From contig JAUPSS010000012.1 of the NCBI GenBank assembly GCA_040285825.1, positions 248,001 to 312,000 of the forward strand: 64,000 nucleotides of DNA, written 5' to 3'. A program made the translations under genes and the position numbers. The DNA comes from Eukaryota sp. TZLM1-RC. Taxonomy: Eukaryota; Protista; Metamonada: BaSk clade. Shown here one piece after another: positions 35,335 through 48,699 of this stretch; position 1 is the stretch's first letter, and each line of letters starts with the position of its first letter. The notes beneath the pieces were generated by a model. It had not been told where the DNA came from and did not search any database. It was given only the letters and a program-made list of their open reading frames with translations.

Positions 35335-37870
35335 AATTTTATTCTAAACCTATAAATCAACATCTAAAAAATCCATCTCTCCCAAAACAAAAACACTAGA
35401 TGCAACTCTCTCATAGTGAGATCCAAGAGAAAGCAAAGCATCAGAAACCATCTTCAACATCCCCTTAAAAATAGAAAACACAATTCTATTTTGCCAAAAC
35501 AATCTGTTGAAATTTCTGCCAGTTCTTCTCTTTACAATCATTTCAAAATCATCCAAAAAACGTAAAGCAGTTGGTGCAAGTGAACCAAAAAGGGAAAATA
35601 CAAATGGATACAAATTGTATTTTGCATGCTGTAGACTGGCCAATTTGGACAAAGGTTCATTGTATTTTTTGAATTTAAAATTTTCAGCATTTGAAAGGGG
35701 ATTATGAATTTCAGAATTAACAAGCCTTTCATTTGAGGCACTACAAGGATCAACAGACATTACATCCAATAAAATGAAGCTTCCATCTAATCCAGGTAAT
35801 ATGACATCACCTCTATTATTCTTATGAAAATCATTTTCAGCATCAAACAGATTTGACAACAAAGGTTCCAAGAAGGATTCAATTCTATGAGATTTACACA
35901 TACAATATAACTGGTCTCTTACAGCATCATGAACCTTGCTTCTAAAAGTAATAAAATGTTTACAATTTAACAAATGAGTAGTTGTAATTTCTCGAGAACA
36001 TTTACAAATTAAATTATGAGGTAAATTATCAGGCCAGATAAAGGAACGAAATCTCATATTCAGAGTCCAAGCAGAATCGGATAAGAGAGTACCATAAACT
36101 TGTGGAATTGTTGTTACTAAGGCGGAAGAAGTACTGTCACACATACCTTGTAAAAGATTTGCAAAAGCGGGATTCTTTTTCTTGGCCAAGCCAAGTCTAA
36201 CATCAAAATCCAAGCTTTCAAAAATCTTTGACAATTTTTGTTGAAGCTTTTTACAGCAAAACTGTAAATTAAATAGAGATCGGTTTGGAATTTCTTGAAT
36301 TGATTGAGGAAAACATTTGGTCCAAATTTGTGGCGGTAATTTTTCAAGTTCACAAGATAACTCATACAAATAGGGACTACAATTGGGGACTAACAGATGA
36401 GAATCATCAGGAAATCTACGAGAAATTTCATAAATAAAATATTTGCCACCACCCAAGAATGCTGATTGACACAAAATTGAAGATTTAGTAAAACCAATAC
36501 CACCCAAATTTGCTGAAGAAAATAAATGGCTTTTCAACATTTCTGGTTCTACATCCAATAAATCAGCAAAAAATTCTGTTCTCAATGAATTAAAAGAACG
36601 ACAAATATCTAATGCTATGGAAGGAGCACAAGATCTCAAAATGTGGGTTATTCTCCCAGTGTAGCAAATTTTAAGCATGAAAAATTTAATATGCTTTTCT
36701 ATATCTAAAGAAGAAATTGAATCAAGTTCAATTTTCATTTTTTCCAAAATAACTTGCAATTCATTCTGAATTTGAGGCACATTTCCTAACCAACAACCAA
36801 GGAACTTAAAAGCATCACTACAAAAATTAGTAAAAGGGACAATAGAATCGTTTATCACGAGGTCTTGAGCAGAAGAGCCAATCAGAAGGCATTTGCTGGC
36901 ATTAAGATGAAGCCCAATATTTTCGTATGAATCGGCAATTTCTTGAGCAACCAATTCTAGTAAATCAAATGAACCAATCAAGGATATATCATCCATATAA
37001 GCAACTATTTTTATAGAAGGGTATTTTTGCTTAATGATATTTAAAGTTTTGTGAATAGCTAAACAAAACAATAATGGGCCTAAAGGGTCACCTTGCTTCA
37101 CACCAGAAGATGATTTAAGAGCAAATGAATTAAAAATTAAATCTGATTCTTTACCATAAAAATGGTAGAAAAAACTCGATAGCTCAGGAAAATCAGATTT
37201 AATAACTTCAAAAATTGCTTCTCGCTTTACAGAATTAAAAGCATTTTTAAAGTCGAGATTAAAAATAAAATTATTTTCCTCTGCATTAAAAAAGGTATCA
37301 GAGGCAATAGCAGCAACAGAAGCACCATCAATTGTTTTGATTCCAAATTGATGAGGATTCAAAAATGTAGAAGCTTTGTCTTTGACACGATCGAAGACAT
37401 CTGATGCTAGCAAACGAGAAAGAGATTCACCAACAGCAATTGGGCGTATTCCATCAGGTTTGATTCCGTTTCCAGGCTTTACTAAAGCAATCAGACGTGC
37501 TGCGAGTAATTCAAATGGAGGATTAATTTTCAAAACAATCAATTGTTGAAAATAGTGGGCTAGATCATCAGCAATTTCGGGAGCACTGGAACACGCTATT
37601 TTTAACAGATCAAAAGAAATTCCAGATGGGCCTGCTGCTTTCCCCTTTGGCAATTTTTGAATAGCTTTAAGAACTTCAATTGCAGTAATAGGATTTTCAA
37701 TCCAAATAGGACACACTTCAGGCTTGCTGCACTTGAAATTTTCTTGAGGATGCAACTTTTGAAGTTTTTCAAGGGTATCAGAGTTTGCATCAGCCAAAGA
37801 AGAGGAAAACAAAGACTGCTTTGCGGCACCATAACGACCACGTAAGCACAATTTACGGCAAATTTTTGAT
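35335..37870 (-). mobile_element. CRE-clade non-LTR retrotransposon (family A) with an uninterrupted 833-aa RT plus RLE frame; 5' end probably truncated
   Basis: RT motifs KAAGPSGI, GIRPIAVGE, LDFKNAFNSV, GVKQGDPLGPLLF, YMDD and FLGC. RLE motifs CKC..HLLNC, HDAVRD, EP, RGD..LLDV and KFKKY. No ATG at the ORF start; very short 3' UTR with AATAAA. Confidence 0.95.
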
Positions 37871-38639
37871 TTTACAATTTTCTATTTCCAAATTTTTTCT
37901 TAAAACAATTTTTGTTTTTTCTAGCAAAATATTTCCAGAAGAATGAAATATTCCACTTATTATTTTTCAATTCAGAAGTAAAATTTCTCATTTCCATTGA
38001 GAAGGGGATTGTGCTGGCGGGACTTATTTCTACTGGGATCCGGATCGGGGGTCTTACGGTATCAAGTGTAATAAAAGTTAAATCATGTTGTTGTACAACA
38101 AACCAGTTTGATATGAAAATGAAATAAACAATATGAAAATAAAGTATCTTCTTAAAACTGAGTTCAATTAACCTTTTCGAAATTGTTAATTATGAAGTTT
38201 AGTAATTGAATAACATCTATCCGGTAGATTTTCAAGACCGACAAGTTGAACCTAAATTTGGAATATCACAACACAGAACAGTACCCCCGAAATTCAATTA
38301 CCTGTGATAAAGTTGCAAGAGAAGAAAGCCAAATTCATCATCCAAGTCATTATGGATGACCACAGGTAAATAGTGTCAAAATGAAAGTGGATTCATTATT
38401 TGGTATTTGGAAAACAAACACATGGTATGAAATCGAAGTTAATTCCTAGAAGAATCGGTTCCAGAAACAGGTTGAAAATATGAATTATACCCGTTCAACC
38501 TTTTTGTTTTACTCTTCAGGTTTAAGTTAAGCAAAATTCACAGCATCATAGTCGATCAACCAATGAGAAATAAATAAAAAAATAAATTTAATTTATGATG
38601 CAAAATTCAAAAATTTTGAACCAAAAACATAAATGTAAA

Positions 38640-39170
38640 CTATACAAAACTGTTTATTATCCATTGACCAGTCTTTCGCGCGGTCACTAAACAAATTAGA
38701 AACAGGTAATGGAAACTCCCCAAAGAACTTTTCCAAATCTGTGAACCAACCATCTTCCCCGTCAGTTCTAAACTTCTCAACAAAGCCACTGTCTTTGAGA
38801 ACGCACCTGGCTGATTCCTTAGAAAAAATAAGGGGAATTTGGGCAACTTCGTCAGATATGGAACCAACCTTCGTAAAGGAACTGGATCAGATGTAGTGGC
38901 AATAACCAAACTCGATGACCCATTGGTGGCTCTTTTCGAATACAAGTTGTTTATTCTGGTAAAAATATCCCTAGAAAAGACTTCACCAACTCTCATATGA
39001 CCCATTATATCCTTTACATCATTAAGAATTACTACTAAAAATGGTGACTTGTAGACGTTCAGAAAGGCAGTAGCAATAGCTTGAGATTTCCTTGAATCAG
39101 AGTAGTGGTCAAGGTCGCTGATGAACAAATATTTGATAAAACAATGAAAAGATTTGATATCCTTTATGAT
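38640..39170 (-). pseudogene. Fragment of an NSF/Sec18-like D2 AAA domain
   Basis: SDSRKSQAIATAFLNVYKSPFLVVILNDVKDIMGHMRVGEVFSRDI..LVIATTSD resembles the NSF D2 segment (K..A....F.DAYKS...VVVDDIE.L......G..FSN..LIIGTTS). No ATG, Walker A, D1 or N domain. Confidence 0.65.
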
Positions 39171-39171
39171 G

Positions 39172-39350
39172 TTCTCGAATTCAATTTGCCATAATTTTTA
39201 AATTGCCTCCGTTTTTTAATCGAATAAGAGAAGCTTGAGCGAGACAGCAAGCTGATCAAGATTCAGTAGAAGAAATTTTCATTCCATGAATTTCTCCCCA
39301 TTACTTATGAGTTTATTGTGTTATTTGTGAAAGTTCAATGAAATATAAAT
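39172..39350 (+). repeat. Family G 3' stub (longest copy)
   Basis: SRIQFAII..KLPPFFNRIREA*ARQQADQDSVEEIFIP*, i.e. the RIxF terminal helix shared by the CRE-like ORFs. Confidence 0.7.
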
Positions 39351-39739
39351 TAATTGGAGCCTCGTATTTTTTTCAAAATGAACACACCCGTTCCACTATC
39401 AGGACAATGTGTAGGTAGATAGCTTGGGTTATTTGTCAACATCAAAGGTCCAGATAAGAATTGGTCTCTCTAATACTGAAACAATATTTTTGAGAATTTC
39501 ATGATGAAGAAATTCTTTTTACTCTTAACCAAAATTCAGACAAACTATTACTGAACCCAAAAACAAAACAAGTTGCTGTAATGATTTATTCCTTGATTGA
39601 TTATATCAGGTTCAAAACCAAAGTTTTGATCATAAAGTGTCCTGAAAGTATTAATATATTTTTAAATACTAGCATGTAAACATAATTTTTCAACTTTTTT
39701 CTTTATTTTATCACTAATCAAAATTTTATATTTCACGGA

Positions 39740-39995
39740 AAAACAACACAAAACAAAACAAACTAAAACACATAAGATACAAAATTCTCCACACCAACAT
39801 TCGAAGAATCCTTCTTAAGCTTAGACAAAATAACTTTAAATACTTGGGAACACTTCTTTACAAAGCAAAAATGATACGATTCTTCCATAAATACCCAAAA
39901 AAATTCTTACCACTTGCACGACAAAGATTATCAAAATCATTAAAAAAATTAAGGCAGACTGAATCAATATTACCAAAAATCGAGAAGGCAAAAGA
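39740..39995 (-). mobile_element. CRE-like family D 3' fragment
   Basis: Matches 175-430 (ENFVSYVF end). Confidence 0.85.
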
Positions 39996-40795
39996 AATGT
40001 TTCATTTCCCAGATTCCGAATGTATATAGTTTATTATTAAATGATCATCAATGGGCAACTGCCTTCAGGATGAGGTGTGTTCTGTGGCCATGTGGTGTGC
40101 CAAATGATTTGATTTGTCGTTGTGGTCAGCTCATCAATCTCAATCATTTATTGAATTGCAAATTTAATATTACATATCACTCAGTTGTTCAAGATGCTGT
40201 TAGAGACCAACTATACGCTATGTGCAAAAGTAATCACATTGAAGCTTTTGTTGAACCACTTGTGCGAAGGTTGTCATCTGAAAGTGAAGATGAAAATACC
40301 TATGTGAAACGACGTGCTGATTTAATTACCCCTCTGACTGATGGTGTGATTAATATTCTTGATGCTATCACTGCTGATGTTTGTAAAGACTCAGCAATTG
40401 ATTTTGCTTAAAAAGATGAAACTCCACCTTGCTTTGCCGAAAAGAGTAAAATCAAAAAGTACAATGAACTCTTATCTCAGCTAGGATGTGTTGAGCATGT
40501 CAAGTATCAGCTGGTTCCATTTGCTATTTCTCCTTTTCGTAACATGGAATTGAAGGTTTCAGAAGTTGAATAAAAGAAAGAGCAGGAAAAGAATTGAACT
40601 TCAATTTCTGGCACAATAGAATTGTTTTCAGTATTCTTAAAGCAATTCCAGAAATGTTGACCAAAGCACTGTTACAATTAGGAATAGAGTATGAAAATCG
40701 TGCGCTTAAAAGATTTGATGATGTTGATGCGTGTATTGAGGATATTGAGTTCTAAATTTTTTGTTTAATGTGTTGTTAGTGTTGAAAATAAATTT
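39996..40795 (+). mobile_element. CRE-like family C 3' fragment
   Basis: CRCGQLINLNHLLNCK..DAVRD..RRADL..EDIEF; inverted homolog of 13421-14190. Confidence 0.88.
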
Positions 40796-40814
40796 CATAT
40801 CTCAAATAAAAAAA

Positions 40815-42440
40815 ACTGCGAGCAAAGGTTCTTATTCAAATCATTTAATATCTCAGTATTTTTGTTTCGTTTACGAGCCAGTCTTCTTTAAGTGACCATT
40901 AGAACTAATTAAGACACCATCACGATCAATAAAAGCGAAGGGATCAACAATAGTAAAATCAACAACAACTTGAGAGGAATCCACAAAAGGAGCAACTAAA
41001 TCACAACGACGAGAATCAAACAAATTATTATCGCCATAATGCTTCAACAACGGTTCTACTTTGCAACTGAAAATTGTAACACTTAAACAATTCATGTGTC
41101 CCATCACGAACAGCATTATGAAAAACTGACCGATATTGAAAAAACTTCTTACAACTCACAATATACAGGAAATTGGCATCCGGTTTTTCGTTGCAAATCC
41201 AAGCAGAATTATCCAAAAATCCACTTGAACACAGCCTAATCTCAAACGCTTATTTTGTTTCCAAGTTTTATTTGTTTGGTGGAGACCAAATAGCATTGGT
41301 TGCTGAGAAATAAAGCTAGGGCAATTTTGAATGTCTGACAAGAAGGCAGCAAAGACGGGATTATTAATCTTAGTCACACTACGTTAAGTCGTTTAGAAAA
41401 ATCCAGGCCTTCAAAACCATTTAAAACAGACTTTTGTTATTTCACACCAGCAAGATGAAAATTTGTCACAGATCTCGAAGGAACAGAAGGCAAACTTGAA
41501 GAAAAACACTTATTTCACACATGTTTAGGTAATCCATGCACCTTATTTTCAAGAGACTTCAATAACAAATGTGATTCGCTTAATAAATAAAACCGAAGTT
41601 TCCACTCAAAAAGAAAATTTTTCATACCACCAATAAAAGCACTGTTGCATTAACATTTTGCTTTGAAATACAAACTCCAGCAAACTTGAGACTAAAAAAC
41701 GTGTGATAAGAAATATTGAAGCAATGGACAACTTTTCACCAAATTACCCCAAAAATGGGATCTGAAAGAATTAAATTGACGTGCAAAATCATGTGAAATT
41801 GTAGGGGATAAGGAACGGAGAAGGCGATTAATTTCTGATCCAAAACACACATTCAGGACCAAAGACGCTGAATGCTTGTATTTTTAACTCTTGAATAGCC
41901 AAAAGCTGCTCTTCAATTTTTTCCAAAATACCAGTCAAAATCGATTTGATTTCTTTACTGTTTTCAAAATAAGAGCCAAGGAAACAAATTGCATCTGCTT
42001 GATAATCAATAAATTTGATGAAAGTCTTTATAAATGCTGTCTCAACAGTCTGAGCACCAATAATGAAACATTTGGGCAATTTGATATCTAACCCATTTTG
42101 TTCGCACAAAGTAACGAAATGTTACAATTCGTGCTGTAAAAGGGACACAGCAGCGATAAGTGACAAATGATCTGCATCACCACATAAATGAATGTCAGGA
42201 AAATCCATCTTAAATTTTGATAAAACTGATTGAAGTGCTAAGCAAAAGAAAAATGGGCGCAAAGGGTCTCCATGCTTGACACCTTTTGGTGAAGGAATGT
42301 CCTCAAAATTAAAAATCAGGTTAGAAGGCGATACTTACATCAATTTAACATATCGCAATAGAGAGGGAAAATGAAGTTCAAGTTCTCGCAAATTGTTTAA
42401 GCAAAAAACAGACCTGAAAGCATTTTGAAATCAATATTCA
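40815..42440 (-). mobile_element. Degenerate CRE-like family D copy (RT plus RLE fragments)
   Basis: GVKHGDPL.PFFF near 42250-42285; the RLE part matches 460-1150; lacks its 3' end. Confidence 0.85.
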
Positions 42441-42499
42441 ATAATAATCAACTTATATTTTTATTTTTTTTATTTTTTTATTTGTTTTATTTGTTTTCG

Positions 42500-43420
42500 C
42501 AATTCCTGTTGGGAGTCATTCCAATGTAATTGCACAACTGCGAAGAAAAATCCATTGAGTCTTCTGCACTTGAATCAAAACTTCCAGAGAGAAGCAGCAA
42601 ACAATTCATTAATTATAGAATTATTTATGTGACCCTTACGCTTCTGAATTGTAGCTTTTTTTCTATTTCGTAAAAATTAAAATCTAATTACAATAATCTG
42701 AATTAGATAATTTGTTACAGGGATGCACAATAGTAAAGTGGAATTCCATTTAGTGACGAATAGGACAATGTCCAATACAGAAAATTGGATCTTCTGTTAT
42801 GGTGAAAAAATTCATTGCTCTTGCCCAACAACAATCACAAAGGCTATTATTAAGCATTGATCGATGATCTAAATATTTGAAACAACTAAAGACCTGGCGA
42901 AAATTAGTATTTGTGCGAAATTGACAATACAATTTGTACCATACAAAGAGTCAAAAATCCACCAACACAATCTCGTCCTAATATTGATAACTCATTCATA
43001 ATTTCTGATTTTGAAGCCATGTTTCTTAAATAAGGGTAATTTTGTGATAAATGAAGACAATGAAACATCACAAATGTATTGTAAAGGTGTTGAAAAAGCA
43101 AGATGAAGAATTTCAGTTTTAAAATAATTTTAATTTATTTTCAAAACCACAGACTAAAGATTAATATCATCAAAACAAGTTTCACACCATCAAACCACAC
43201 AGCAGCAATGTTTTCGTCATGTGTAGACAGACATCAAAGCTTTCAAAATCATTTTAGGAATTGATTTGAAAATAGTCAAGACAATACGATTTAACCACAA
43301 ACGACGATCAAAACGCTTATTCATTCTTCTTTTTACAAGGTTTTCAAGATCATCACTTAAATTTATGGCAGTTTTTCCACGACGACCTTTTAACGATATA
43401 GCAATTGGCAAATTTGGTAA
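42500..43420 (-). mobile_element. Two old CRE-like fragments (42500-43100; 43130-43420)
   Basis: FSCFKYLDHRSMLNNSLCD..EDP; PIAISLKGRRG..WLNRIVLTIFKSIP..DDINL*. Confidence 0.65.
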
Positions 43421-43786
43421 TCTACAGGGCGAAGACCTCCCCCCTATTTATGAAGAATCAACAACTATTCAATGATGGTAATTCTTTTAACAGGGACCTT
43501 CTCACACACATAATTCAATGTACACATACTTAGTTAAAAAGTGCATCTGTAACAGTATTTTACAAAAACGTGAAATATAATTAACCATAATTTTAAGAAA
43601 AAAGAGGCTATAAAAAAGAAAAGAAGAGTAATTTTCTGCATCTTTTCTAATTTTGAACGTAGTCACCCTCTCCATAGATTCATAAATTACCTATATATAT
43701 TGTTGAACTTTTATAAATCAACCTTCAATTCACTCTGTTTGTATAATCGTTTAGCACCAATCTTTCAAAGGTCAAGACAGTAATGT

Positions 43787-43858
43787 GCCTCGGTGGTCTA
43801 GGGGTATGATTCTCGCTTAGGGTGCGAGAGGTCCCGGGTTCAAATCCCGGCCGAGGCC
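43787..43858 (+). tRNA. tRNA-Pro (anticodon AGG)
   Basis: Acceptor stem GCCTCGG/CCGAGGC, anticodon arm CTCGC-TTAGGGT-GCGAG, T arm CCGGG-TTCAAAT-CCCGG, followed by a TTTTT Pol III terminator. Confidence 0.97.
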
Positions 43859-44049
43859 TTTTTGATCAGTTCAAGTCAGAAGATGTTATATCAGTTGTTG
43901 GACGATTGGAGAAGATAAAAAATATTATTAGTTTGATGAAATAAAAAATCAACCATTCGTATACATCATTGAATGAACCAAGTGCCAAGATTTCGATGTT
44001 TCTGGATGAGGGATGACCCTCATATTCAATGTTTTGTTTGACCTGAATC

Positions 44050-44580
44050 CCCATAGTTTAAGCTGTAAATGTGGTAAAAGTGTCACTCCAACACATTTAC
44101 GCTGTAATCATTTTATCACTTTTAAATCAAAATTACATGATGAATAATGCGATGAATTGGTAGATGTTGAGGTCAGCTATACATTTGTTTGAAATGGCTC
44201 AGATAAAAACCTTGCACTCTCTTAACATTCATCTTTACATAGAGCCGAATGGAACTAATAATTTAGATATATTGAAAAGATCAATAAGATCAAAATTCAA
44301 TTTCAAACATTTTATTTGTCTTTTTGTCTTCTCCTCATTTGGAATCTTGGGTAACAGCAACATCCTTTCTAAACAATGTCTCTACAATTGTCATAACTAG
44401 AATTGAAAGAATATTTGACCAAGCTTTGAGGGAAAATAGAAATGTATTTCCTTTTTAAAAGAGATGTACAGCCTTATTTTTAGCTCATTGGCATCACAAA
44501 CAAGATTTTATCAATCAAAAGATGTAGGTAAGTGTTCAATTGTAGCTGTAGAGTTTGAAGCAATAAATTTTCAGTGTTTT
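44050..44580 (+). mobile_element. Highly degenerate CRE-like family B fragment
   Basis: CKCGKSVT..CNHFITFKSKLHD and a terminal VGKCSIVAVEFEAINF like the 15712 end. Confidence 0.65.
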
Positions 44581-46712
44581 AACTATGGAATATGATGAAA
44601 GGCATAACGTTCAAAAAATGAATGATCTGTGACTATAGAGAGCATTGTGTATTTCATCCCAGTGTCTTTACAATGTTTAAGTTGGTCATTTGATCAGAGA
44701 AACAACATTCTATAATGTTATTTTTGTGCTGTGTGACGATAAGTCTAGTACATTTTATATGTAAGACTTCACTAGTGATGGCTTATGAGGGCCGGATATT
44801 TTAAATAAATATCTCTTTATTTTTGTTAGTCTTTGACTGACTCAGCATTAATAATCCTAATCAAACTGATAGTGGCCCATATTTTGGTTAATATTCGTGA
44901 TGCAGACTCTATAAAGTTTTTTCAAACATTCTTCCAGTTATTTGGACAGGACCCATTTACTATCAGTACCATTACTCTCAATACCTATAAAATTTCGGTC
45001 AATATTAAAAATTCAAGAATTCAGCTTGCAGTTTTTTATTTCTCCACAACCATTTCCTGACAAAATGAGTCAAAGCTCTCAAAAACAAGACCACTGACCA
45101 TCACTCCATCTCGTTAATGCTCACCAAAGTGCAAAACATAGTTGAATTGAACACTTGATCAGTTGAATTATGCAGTACTAATGACTTGAATGAATTGATA
45201 TGTAGATTTCGGAATTTGAATTTTTGTTATGGTTCAGTATTCATTACTTTTTTTGTTATGGTAATGATGTTTGTATTGTTAATTCTAACTAAATAACATC
45301 AACTCACAAACAGTTCTCCACTGACAACAAAGAAACACAAATTCATTTTTGTTGCAACCAGAGCTGTTATTTCAACAAACCCAACATGAAGTTTCTTTAT
45401 GTGAAACCAAACACATTCGAATAAAGCCATTGTGATTGATACCTCCAGTGGTGGCTCAAGACACGACGGGATCTCTTTACAAGTACATTCATAATGACCA
45501 AACAAGTCATACTTGCAGATGATGTCCACCATTAACTAGATCATGAAACAGTTGTGGTGATGATGCAATAAAGTTATGAAAAGATATGATACATCTTTCT
45601 TAGCTGTCACCTTAATTGGAGAAAAGTGTATGTTGAGATCAAACTTTGAAATTTGTACACAAAAATTCCAAAAATTTGAGAAGCTCTTATCCACCCACTG
45701 TTCCGCATTCTTCTAACTTTCAAATACCATGTTCTATATCAATGGTTCTCCCAAAGGACAACACGACACTTTGATACCCTATCTCATTATTACTACTGGC
45801 TTTGAATTTCCAATGCAGCTTGGTCACCTCAAACTGATCACTCAAAATACTGTCTAGAACTATTGTTACAACCTTCCCTACTACCTCCTCTTCAACAGTC
45901 TCCTTTCCTCCCCGCTCACGTGATATCACGTTAACATGATGATGACGTGATGATTTCTGATTAAAGAGCCTCTCTATTTTGACTACAAATGACTCTAGCA
46001 GTTGATTGAAGCAAATTAAGTGACTGATATCCCTCCAGCTACTATCCTTACCAAAGAAGGGCCACATGCAGCCTGCACTAGATCGGCCGATCGATTGGAA
46101 CTCTAGTAGGACAAACAATAAAGTTGAAATTGACTCAAACATGATAGTGTTTAGCATGGTTAATGACGTCACGAATGTTATGGTCGTAATTCGTGACGGT
46201 ACAAGTTCTGTCCCCACCATCCTCAGCATCTGTGGTACTCTCCGCAAAACTGATAGACGTGATTCATCAGCTACAGAGAAAACAATAGAAGCAGCAGATG
46301 AACAATTTTGTAGAATAGATCGAACATGAAAGAGGATAGTGTTGATTTTGAACATGAGCACCAAGATATACCAATTTCGCAAATTGTATAAAAAACGCAT
46401 CAAAATGAACATAGACATGCTCTAAATGTGTTCCTGTTGCGCAAGGGCATTGTGGTTGGAGAAAGAGAGATCAGAGGTACTCTAATGAAAACAGTCAAAA
46501 ACCAATGGTATTCAACCCACTGATGAAAAACAGGAATGAAGTTGGAAAAGATTCTGGCGGTGATGGCACCATTATGAGTCTGATTCAGTAACCAAGCCTC
46601 ACTACATTATCACAAGTAGTGAATGCGAAAGTTGAGAAGCATTGTATAACTATTCAATCAAATGATTACATGACCGTTTTTCGACTTTGTTTTCTCATTA
46701 TTTTGACTTCTC

Positions 46713-47478
46713 ATGCCTTTGTCGTTTGTTTATCACTTTCTCCTCTGATCCCAGTAAGAACGCCTTGATCGGAATCATTGCCGGTGGTGGTGTAGCTGCT
46801 ACTGCAACTGTTGTTGTTGTTGTCCTGGTTGTCTTTAGTGGACCTCATGAACAGTTCGAATACACTCCCGTTGGCCTTGAAGGCAAGGAGGACCCCGTTT
46901 CCTTAGATGTTGCCAATAAAGTTATTTATGGCAGTGATAACGATGGTATGCTAGGACCTGTGGACTTTTGGTTTTATGATGGCAAAATGATCATGAAACC
47001 TGATGGTGATGACACCTGTGCCCGTTTTTCTGATGAAGATCTCAAATCAGTGATGGAATTTTCTATCGACTATGCTTTGCCCACTGATGATGCTGAAAAG
47101 AAAGACTCCAAGAAGGTCGGTGACGTTGAATGTGACGTTTACGAAGTCATTGATGAAGTCGAGCTTGTAGGTGAGAAGTTCAAATTCTTTAAATCATGGT
47201 GTGTTGCAGATAGATTCGTGCATGAAGAACTCTCTCACCTTGTGGATGATCCCGATAACAAAGAGGAATATGTTTATGTTGACCATGAGTTTGTCGCCTC
47301 TACTTTTATCTCTTACCCTAGATCTTTGAGCAAGAATGACGATCGTTTTGACCCTGACAACAAGTGTAAGAAATACGAAGATATTGAGGAAACTGGTGCT
47401 ACCATGTTTTCTACCAGAGCTTTGGCTCTTAAGAAGAAAATGGTTGCTAAGTTTGCCAAGGTCGTCAAGTCTGCTTAA
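46713..47478 (+). CDS. Ependymin-like signal-anchored protein (introns 46724-46754, 47289-47321)
   Basis: The spliced start gives MPLSKNALIGIIAGGG..VVVVVLVVF. The pattern C..LP.DA....VGDVECDVY..WCV..FDPDNKC resembles ependymin-related proteins (family call tentative). Confidence 0.75.
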
Positions 47479-48699
47479 TTGATTTGATTTTAAATAATTT
47501 TTGTTTTATAAAGTGTAAATTTTCATCTTGTTTGGAAATGGTATTTAGCTTTATATTAATTGACAAAACAATCAGGACATTTGTGCACCTTGGCATATGT
47601 CAAAACTACAAAGTTGTGATCTCAATAACCGTCCTATGCCTCTTAGTTACCTCAACCATCCGGCAATGATGCTTTCCAAACATGTTTTGCTTATGTTATG
47701 TCTATCTAAAATCAATACCAGAGACTCATACTTTTACTGTTGTCGAGATATTTTAAATACTACTCAGACATAGGGTGCTCGTAGAATACTCCACATAATT
47801 TTGATTACATTGTGAAACTTGATTTCATCTATCTGATAATTTGTGAAGTCACATTTACAAATTGTTTACGTTTCTAAATTTGAATGCGTTACCAGTTTAA
47901 CAAAATAGAAAAGGTACAAGAATACCACGACTCGAAACTACTAGTATATTATGGTGTAAATTCTGCATAAAATTTGATTATCAAGTTTATTACAATGATG
48001 CAATTGCTGGGACTTTGCCAGATATGCAGTCAAATTCCTTGGAGAACCAGCGTGTAGCAGAAATACGTCTAAGAAGTTTGACTAGTTGTCACCTTTGTTT
48101 GATATAAATATAACTCGGCAGTCTGTCAACTGTTGTACTGTGGACAATTAGTCTAGTATAGACTTCACTAATGATAACCTCTATAAGGGCCAGTGAATAA
48201 AATTTATACCATAGAATTTACACCATAATATACTAGTAGTTTCGAGTCTTGGTATTCTTGTACCTTTTCTATTTTGTTAAACTGGTAACGCATTCAAATT
48301 TAGAAACGTAAACAATTTGTAAATGTGACTTCACAAATTATCAGATAGATGAAATCAAGTTTCACAATGTAATCAAAATTATGTGGAGTATTCTACGAGC
48401 ACCCTATGTCTGAGTAGTATTTAAAATATCTCGACAACAGCAAAAGTATGAGTCTCTGGTATTGATTTTAGATAGACATAACATAAGCAAAACATGTTTG
48501 GAAAGCATCATTGCCGGATGGTTGAGGTAACTAAGAGGCATAGGACGGTTATTGAGATCACAACTTTGTAGTTTTGACATATGCCAAGGTGCACAAATGT
48601 CCTGATTGTTTTGTCAATTAATATAAAGCTAAATACCATTTCCAAACAAGATGAAAATTTACACTTTATAAAACAAAAAATTATTTAAAATCAAATCAA

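Noticed and set aside
45720-46418. 232-aa minus-strand ORF in the duplicated arm
   Set aside because: It is frameshifted in the other arm and has no recognisable domain. Its short palindromes (CGTGATATCACG, GATCGGCCGATC) are not interpretable.
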